Origin: Nitrospirota bacterium
GTDB lineage: Bacteria > Nitrospirota > UBA9217
Direction: 5' to 3'
DNA: 64,000 nucleotides
Assembly: GCA_963790205.1 (NCBI GenBank)
Contig: CAWBNQ010000003.1
Span: 448,001-512,000, forward strand
In this document: positions 58,205 to 64,000 of the stretch, one piece after another
How positions within the stretch are numbered: position 1 is the stretch's first letter
Layout of the letters: each line of letters begins with the position of its first letter
Position numbers and translations under genes: made by a program
The notes under the pieces: generated by a model
Seen by the model: the letters and a program-made list of their open reading frames with translations, nothing else
Databases searched by the model: none
Told to the model about the DNA's origin: nothing

Positions 58205-59563
58205 ATGAGTAAGACGGCATTATCTGAAGAAAAGAACAACGGCGGGTATCCCGAAGTGCCCGAGGACGTGCTGGAAAATCTGGCGGGAGATCTCGCCGAT
58301 GAGGAAGAAGAGGAAGAGCCGTCTTCCATCGAAGTTGCCGAGGCCGTTGAAGAAGTCGGCGGGGCAGACCTGGTAGATACCTATCTGAAGTCCGCAGGCA
58401 AGTTCCCCATGCTCAAGATCGAGGAAGAGCAGGAATATGTCCGCATCCTTGAAAAGGGCAAGGGAGAGCTCAAGAAGCTCGCCCTGAGCTCGCCGCTGGC
58501 CATCCCGCGCGTGCTGGCCTTGGGCACCAATATAAAACTGGGACTCGTGAAGGCCCCGGACGTCCTCCGGTTTCCCGGAGAATGGAAGGACACCTTTGAA
58601 GTGGAATTCATGCGCCTGTATAACCGGCTCAAACGGCAGGTGGCGCGCCGGGACATGGAACGGGCCACGGACACGCTCAACGAGATGAGCCTCTCGTTCC
58701 GCGAGATCGAGAAGATGCTGAAGCGCATCCTGTTTATCGGCAAGCAGGTGGAGCGCGGCATTACCGCGGACATGGAAAAGATCGGGCTTGACGAGGCGAC
58801 GCTCATAGACATGGTGGCCCGCATCGAGCAGGCGGATGTAAGCGTAAAGATCGCCAAGGACGAACTGATCAAGGCCAACCTCCGCCTTGTCGTCTCAATT
58901 GCCAAGAAGTACGTGAATCGCGGCCTTACGCTGCTCGATCTGATCCAGGAAGGCAATATCGGCCTCATGAAAGCCGCGGACCGGTACGAGTCCGGCAAGG
59001 GGACGAAGTTCAGCACCTATTCGACCTGGTGGATCAGGCAGCGGATCACCCGCGCCATTCTCGACCAGGCGCGCACCATCCGGCTCCCCGTACACCTGAT
59101 AGAAGAGAGTACGCGCATCAGCCGTATCTATGCCAAATTCATGCGGGAAAAAGGGCGCGAGGCCTCGCCGGAAGAGATCGCGAAGATCATGGGCCTTTCC
59201 GTGACGCGGGTGACCGAGATCCTCCGCGCCATCCAGGAGCCGGTGTCCCTCGAGACGCCGATCCTTTCGGAAGAGAAGGAGCTCAAGGACGTTATCGTGG
59301 ACGAGAAGTCAATCTCGCCTTTCAAGACCCTTGAGAACAACGAGGCGGCGCACCGTATCGAAGAGGTGCTCTCGTCGCTCACCGAACGGGAGGAGAAGAT
59401 CATCCGGATGAGGTTCGGCATCGGCATCGGGACCGAACATACCCTTGAAGAGGTGGGCAAATACTTCAATCTTACGAGGGAGCGGATCCGGCAGATAGAG
59501 ATCAAGGCGCTCAAGAAACTGCGCCACCCCGCCCGGAGCAAGATGCTGCGGGAGTACGTGTAA
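58205..59563 (+). CDS. RpoD/SigA-family sigma factor (paralogue without recognisable region 1.1)
   Basis: ANLRLVVSIAKKY, DLIQEGNIGLMKA, KFSTYSTWWIRQ, TLEEVG..TRERIRQIE. Confidence 0.9.
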   Translation: MSKTALSEEKNNGGYPEVPEDVLENLAGDLADEEEEEEPSSIEVAEAVEEVGGADLVDTYLKSAGKFPMLKIEEEQEYVRILEKGKGELKKLALSSPLAIPRVLALGTNIKLGLVKAPDVLRFPGEWKDTFEVEFMRLYNRLKRQVARRDMERATDTLNEMSLSFREIEKMLKRILFIGKQVERGITADMEKIGLDEATLIDMVARIEQADVSVKIAKDELIKANLRLVVSIAKKYVNRGLTLLDLIQEGNIGLMKAADRYESGKGTKFSTYSTWWIRQRITRAILDQARTIRLPVHLIEESTRISRIYAKFMREKGREASPEEIAKIMGLSVTRVTEILRAIQEPVSLETPILSEEKELKDVIVDEKSISPFKTLENNEAAHRIEEVLSSLTEREEKIIRMRFGIGIGTEHTLEEVGKYFNLTRERIRQIEIKALKKLRHPARSKMLREYV

Positions 59564-59616
59564 GGAAAGAGGGGACGAGTGGCGATCGTTGGAGAGACTG
59601 ACACTGGTATCCGGAC

Positions 59617-59649
59617 GGAAGGAGATGGTTTATCTCCTTCCCTTTTTTT
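59617..59649 (+). terminator. Intrinsic terminator
   Basis: GGAAGGAGAT-GGTTT-ATCTCCTTCC then T7. Confidence 0.8.
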
Positions 59650-59894
59650 GCACCTGGCAGGGCGCGCGGAACGAAAGCGCCACAGGGGTCCGCGCGCCTT
59701 ATCATGGACATATACAGAGGGATGGCTGGTCGGGACGGTGCTTCCGGGATGAATCAATTGTGGTAACTTCGTAGAATTGAAGATTTTCATTGAAACATGC
59801 AGAGCGTGATTTTTCCTGGATATTGCACCTACGATATGATGAACCTTGGTGCATGTTTCATATCGAATATACTGAATCTGCTGCTCATAAGAGT

Positions 59895-60197
59895 ATGATG
59901 AGATTTAAAATGTTCAATTCAAGCTTGAAGTTCTGTACAAGCATTCATCTAGCACTGTTCTTTGCTGCTATTGTCTGGCTCATGCCACCGGGGTCTGTTG
60001 CCCGGGTGATTGACCAATTAAACGAAACATTTGAATTTATATTTAGTCCAGTTCCTTTTGAAAATTATTACATGCTCAAGGATGCAGCCGCTGAGACTAT
60101 TGCAGTACAATTAATCGTGATGTTTTTTGTTACCGCTGTACCCAGCTATATTATCGGTTACCTTCTGTTCTTGCGATATTTCAATAAACAGCTATAA
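59895..60197 (+). CDS. Hypothetical two-TM protein (AT-rich)
   Basis: Two hydrophobic stretches in ORF 59790-60197; start uncertain. Confidence 0.4.
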   Translation: MMRFKMFNSSLKFCTSIHLALFFAAIVWLMPPGSVARVIDQLNETFEFIFSPVPFENYYMLKDAAAETIAVQLIVMFFVTAVPSYIIGYLLFLRYFNKQL

Positions 60198-60344
60198 TGA
60201 ATCAATGTTCCTTATGAGAATCGCAAGCAGATGAGAGGAAAGCGGCAAGTTCAAATGGTTTCAGCCGCTGATTCCGAAAAAACACCACATCGCGCTCAAT
60301 ACCTCGCTATCTAAAGCTTGTAGGTGTCCAACCATTAAGTCCTT

Positions 60345-61148
60345 GTGCAAACGGTGATCTCGGCTGTGGGGGAGCTGAACTTGTCAGAGCAGAAAAAAGA
60401 TGGTGCGTCAAGCCTCGATGATCGGAAAGAACTGTACATTTTAGTCGCGGACAGGGACCTCAATAACCAGTTTTTCATGTCTATGCTTCTTCGAAGGTTC
60501 GATTACAATATCCGTCCGTCCGCGACTGGGGGCGAAGCCCTGAAGATAGCTAAGGCCGCTATTCCCTCCCTCGTAATTACCGGCACGGACCTCAAAGATA
60601 TGAGCGGTATTGAGCTTATGCAGCAGATTAAGACGTACCCGGGAACAACAGATGTTCCCTTCATAGCTGTTCTCATGAAAGACGACTTCCTCGCCGAGAA
60701 GCGCTGCATTGAAGCCGGCATGGCCGATTGCCTCTCTAAGCCGGTCTCAGCCGAGGATCTCTATCGGGCGGTCCAAGCAGCTGTAGAGACGGTGCCGCGC
60801 ACGAACATTCGCATAAAAACTCATTTGACGGTAACGGTGGACAGTAAGCCGCTCGTTTGTCTCGAAGACGCGTGTATGTCGGTGCTTTCGGAAGGCGGGA
60901 TATTCATACCTACGAAGCATCCGAGAGCAATTAATACGCGGCTTCCCCTTCAGATCCATCTGCATGAACAAATTATTGACATTGAAGCTGAAGTAGTCTA
61001 CAGCTACCGGACAAACGAGGGACCAAACCATAAGCCAGGAATGGGGCTAAGGTTCGTTCGGATTGCATCGAAAGACGCTCAGCAGCTTCGGGTGTTTGTC
61101 AAGAGTGAAGTAATGCGAGGTTTCTACCCCCTCAACGACGTGCAATAA
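60345..61148 (+). CDS. Receiver-like domain + PilZ domain protein
   Basis: ILVAD, MSGIEL, LSKPV; PRTNIR..LSEGG..GMGLRF; start uncertain. Confidence 0.8.
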   Translation: MQTVISAVGELNLSEQKKDGASSLDDRKELYILVADRDLNNQFFMSMLLRRFDYNIRPSATGGEALKIAKAAIPSLVITGTDLKDMSGIELMQQIKTYPGTTDVPFIAVLMKDDFLAEKRCIEAGMADCLSKPVSAEDLYRAVQAAVETVPRTNIRIKTHLTVTVDSKPLVCLEDACMSVLSEGGIFIPTKHPRAINTRLPLQIHLHEQIIDIEAEVVYSYRTNEGPNHKPGMGLRFVRIASKDAQQLRVFVKSEVMRGFYPLNDVQ

Positions 61149-61403
61149 CCAATACAGATATTGCCCCTGCGACGGCACAGAATGGCTGTAGCACCTTGCT
61201 CTGGCGCAACGTCTATAGCTTCCTGTAGTCTTTGTAGTTGCCATTCTTATAAATTCATAAAGTTTCATATAAAATTCGTTAGCGTCTACCCCCAAAACAC
61301 CCATCCGTTCGTGGCAGCCGTGGTGTATAATACTATAAATGGTTTCCATACCCTAGTTTCTGCTCTCCAATTGGGTAAAGCAAATGAATTAAAGGAATTT
61401 ATA

Positions 61404-62909
61404 ATGAAAGATACCACTAAAATAAAAAAACGGATCATAAACGAGAAACAAAAAGCTGATGATAAGCTTTATGAAGCAGAACAGTTCTGTCGTATTGTAT
61501 TCGTGCAATCGCCTGATGGTATTTTAGTTATAGATACGAATGGAAATTTCATTGAATTCAATGAAGCTGCCCATCGCCAGCTCGGCTACTCAAGAGAAGA
61601 ATTTGAGAGGCTTCATCTCTCCGACATTGATCCAATTCAGAGTCCTGAAGAAATACAAGCCAGGATTAAGGAAGTCTCAGATAAGGGACGCGCTGAATTT
61701 GAAGTGCAGCATAGAACAAAAGAGGGAGAAGTCAGGGATGTTCATGTCATTACTCAGGTGATGGTCTTGTCCGGCCGCACATTTTTTCATACCATATGGC
61801 GAGATGTCACTGAGTACAGACATGCGGAAGAGGAAATACGGTTCCTTGCGTCGATTATAGAAAACCTTCCTAATGCGGTATGCGCTATTGATACGAATGG
61901 TGCAACGATGGCGTGGAACCACGGAGCAGAGAAGATGCTGGGATACAAAGCCGATGAAATCATTGGAAAACCGATAACGACCATTATTCCTGAAGAGATC
62001 AGCCAGCAGGAACTTGAACACTGCCTGACGATTTTGAACAGGGAGGGGTTCTTCTCAGGATATGAATCGGTACGGCTTGCCAAGGATGGCAGAAGGATAC
62101 CGGTGGAACTGACAGCCGTGGCGATCAAGGACAAAGCGCAGAAAATCAAGAGCTATGCATCTATTATGGTGGACATTACTGACCGCAAAAAAGCGGAAGA
62201 AGAACGCTTGAAGAGTCACATGCTTGAGTCGATCGGGATACTCGCGGGCGGTATTGCCCATGATTTTAATAACCTGCTCAACATCATCAACGGCGATATC
62301 CAGGTTGCAAAAATGTTTGTTCAACCTGGCGATAAGGTATTCAACAGGCTGGACGATGCAGAACAGATCTGCGAAATAGCCGGTGATCTCAGCAAGCGCC
62401 TGATCACCTTTGCCACAGGCGGAGATCCTGTGAAAAAAAATATGTCGTTGTCAGGACTGCTTACGGAGACGGTTAACACCTTGCTTAAAGGCTCAAATAT
62501 CAATACGGTGTTTGATTTACCAGACGACCTCTATACTGTTGCTATAGATGAAGGTCAAATGAAACAGGCCATTAAAAATCTGGCCATCAATGCAAGAGAA
62601 GCAATGCCGAAAGGAGGAACTCTCGCTATTCGAGGAGAGAATGTTCGTATTTACGCACAGGACAATTTACCGATGCAAGCGGGCGATTACTTGAAGATAT
62701 CGTTCCGTGACGCAGGTGCCGGCATACCATCGGAAAATCTGGCGAAGATATTCGACCCATATTTTACAACCAAAAACACTTATTACCAGAAGGGCCTAGG
62801 ACTCGGCCTTGCGGTATGTTATTCCGTTATCAAGAGGCATAACGGCCTGATCACCGTCGAATCCGAAGTCGGTAAGGGGACGACCTTTATTATTTATCTC
62901 CCTGTATGA
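61404..62909 (+). CDS. PAS-PAS sensor histidine kinase
   Basis: GGIAHDFNNLL, NAREAM, FDPYFTTK, GLGL, GKGTTF; AAGGA RBS. Confidence 0.92.
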   Translation: MKDTTKIKKRIINEKQKADDKLYEAEQFCRIVFVQSPDGILVIDTNGNFIEFNEAAHRQLGYSREEFERLHLSDIDPIQSPEEIQARIKEVSDKGRAEFEVQHRTKEGEVRDVHVITQVMVLSGRTFFHTIWRDVTEYRHAEEEIRFLASIIENLPNAVCAIDTNGATMAWNHGAEKMLGYKADEIIGKPITTIIPEEISQQELEHCLTILNREGFFSGYESVRLAKDGRRIPVELTAVAIKDKAQKIKSYASIMVDITDRKKAEEERLKSHMLESIGILAGGIAHDFNNLLNIINGDIQVAKMFVQPGDKVFNRLDDAEQICEIAGDLSKRLITFATGGDPVKKNMSLSGLLTETVNTLLKGSNINTVFDLPDDLYTVAIDEGQMKQAIKNLAINAREAMPKGGTLAIRGENVRIYAQDNLPMQAGDYLKISFRDAGAGIPSENLAKIFDPYFTTKNTYYQKGLGLGLAVCYSVIKRHNGLITVESEVGKGTTFIIYLPV

Positions 62910-63081
62910 GCTTCGCCAAGACTGATTCTTCGGGAGGTTGTCGATCTTTTCTAAGTCGGGCGAGACTTTCTTCCCGAAACATTGGAGTATCCATTCTCAT
63001 AAACAGAGTTATCTAACCCTTGGTGAAATACTTTCAGCAGCCTCTACAACAGAATCTATCTGAGGGAATAGGGAGTCAGCA

Positions 63082-63630
63082 ATAACTCTCTTCCATTTTA
63101 CAACGTGGCAGCTCACTGACAAAGATGTGGGTAAGATATTGGACGTTTCCTGGGCCACCTCGAATTATTGGAAACAAAAGCTGACCAAAGGCTGGGTACC
63201 TTCAATTGCTCCGTTGCCTAATAACGTGGTTGTGAATGGTGTCGATTTGTCGCAGCTTAATGAACTGCTCAGCCACATGAAGTATGCTTCCGAACTGTTG
63301 AAAGAATATGTGTTTGATGAAATCAGATCAAATGAATACCCACTCAAGCCTAGCCGTCGAAAGTGCATGTTTACATTTTCTGCCACGCATAATCCAGATG
63401 AGTACGCAAAACATCTTGGTTTTGACCGTACGCGATATCAATTTTTAACTCTTCGTGTTCTTCCGGAGACGCGTCTTCACAGTGGTGACATGGGATACTT
63501 AAACACTAACCTGTCTGACTATCAAGGCTACGTCGATGCAGCACGGCATTATTGGTCTGGCGCTGATGACGGCTTGCCACTTTCGGAAGTATTGCTTGAA
63601 GGGCCCGTTGAATTAATACGTCTTGATTGA
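63082..63630 (+). CDS. DUF2441-like protein (possible ADP-ribosyltransferase fold); start uncertain (ATA 63082 or GTG 63127)
   Basis: LFHF, EIRSNEYPLKPSRRKCMF, AARHYWSG, EVLLEG; AT-rich; attC-like site follows. Confidence 0.55.
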   Translation: MTLFHFTTWQLTDKDVGKILDVSWATSNYWKQKLTKGWVPSIAPLPNNVVVNGVDLSQLNELLSHMKYASELLKEYVFDEIRSNEYPLKPSRRKCMFTFSATHNPDEYAKHLGFDRTRYQFLTLRVLPETRLHSGDMGYLNTNLSDYQGYVDAARHYWSGADDGLPLSEVLLEGPVELIRLD

Positions 63631-63655
63631 CAAGCCTGCTTACATTGCAGAGCAT

Positions 63656-63714
63656 AATTAACAAGTCGTTCGAGTTCCGCGCTCTAAAGCGCGAGGCTCG
63701 ACTCGTTGTTCCAA
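63656..63714 (+). mobile_element. attC-like site
   Basis: TTAAC AAGTC GTTCGAG..CGCGCT/AGCGCG..CTCGAC TCGTT GTT with one extrahelical base. Confidence 0.5.
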
Positions 63715-63824
63715 TATTACAACTGGTAATTTACAGAATTTATATTTGATCCTGTTAACAAGTTGTAGGTGTTCCTCGCAGACAACATTGACAAATCCAC
63801 ATCTCTGTGCTTTATTAAAATAGT

Positions 63825-63905
63825 TCTTGATAAAGCCAAGCCCTTCGCGAGAAGGGAGCGGAAAGCGACGGATCTTAAAAGACGAAGACGGCCGAGCTGC
63901 CGAAG
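63825..63905 (+). ncRNA. Cyclic di-GMP-I (GEMM) riboswitch
   Basis: GCCAAGCCCTTC-GCGA-GAAGGG..CGGAAAGC..CGGATCT..AGACGGCCGAGCTGCCGAA; TTGACA at 63788 upstream. Confidence 0.8.
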
Positions 63906-63936
63906 GATGAGTCCTTTCGGCATGTTCTGCTTTTTT
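63898..63936 (+). terminator. Riboswitch expression-platform terminator
   Basis: TGCCGAAGGA-TGAG-TCCTTTCGGCA..TTTTTT overlapping the aptamer 3' strand. Confidence 0.7.
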
Positions 63937-64000
63937 GTTTTAGTCAGTACTGTAGATACAGAAACCGTGTGACGTGGGAAGCTCTTTAGGTGTTGTTTGG

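Overview
GC-rich bacterial chromosome segment from an anaerobic or microaerobic diazotroph. The gene style suggests Nitrospirota/Thermodesulfovibrionia or Desulfobacterota; this is an inference. Left end: 3' part of a nif cluster (nifN-nifX-nifI1-nifI2-fdxB-GNAT), a YeeE/YedE pair, and a sigma54 promoter in front of a SAM-domain-only nifB plus hesA. Next come ychJ, a UGA-interrupted (selenocysteine) peroxiredoxin with a SECIS-like hairpin, a plant-like thrC/cystathionine gamma-synthase operon, small redox genes, a HigBA-like TA pair flanked by attC-like sites, htpG, a c7-type triheme cytochrome, hrpB and a methyltransferase. Centre (24.8-43.2 kb): a complete complex I operon nuoA-N. A DRTGG / CBS-Ser/Thr kinase / DRTGG / PHP / HATPase module is inserted between nuoD and nuoE, and the NADH input module resembles electron-bifurcating HydABC/Hnd enzymes. 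Right part: a PilZ protein, a YwiC-like protein, a short class II RNR, Crp/Fnr-DUF2892, a three-gene split glutamate synthase, a GGDEF protein, an EamA transporter, an RpoD paralogue, and an AT-richer end with signalling genes, a DUF2441-like cassette and a c-di-GMP-I riboswitch. Many operon junctions carry 6-9 bp tandem repeats, often as inverted arms, and some have invaded coding frames. Three +1 frameshifts (yeeE-2, nuoM, glutamate synthase) are probably sequence errors. All family assignments come from motif recognition by eye; no searches were run.
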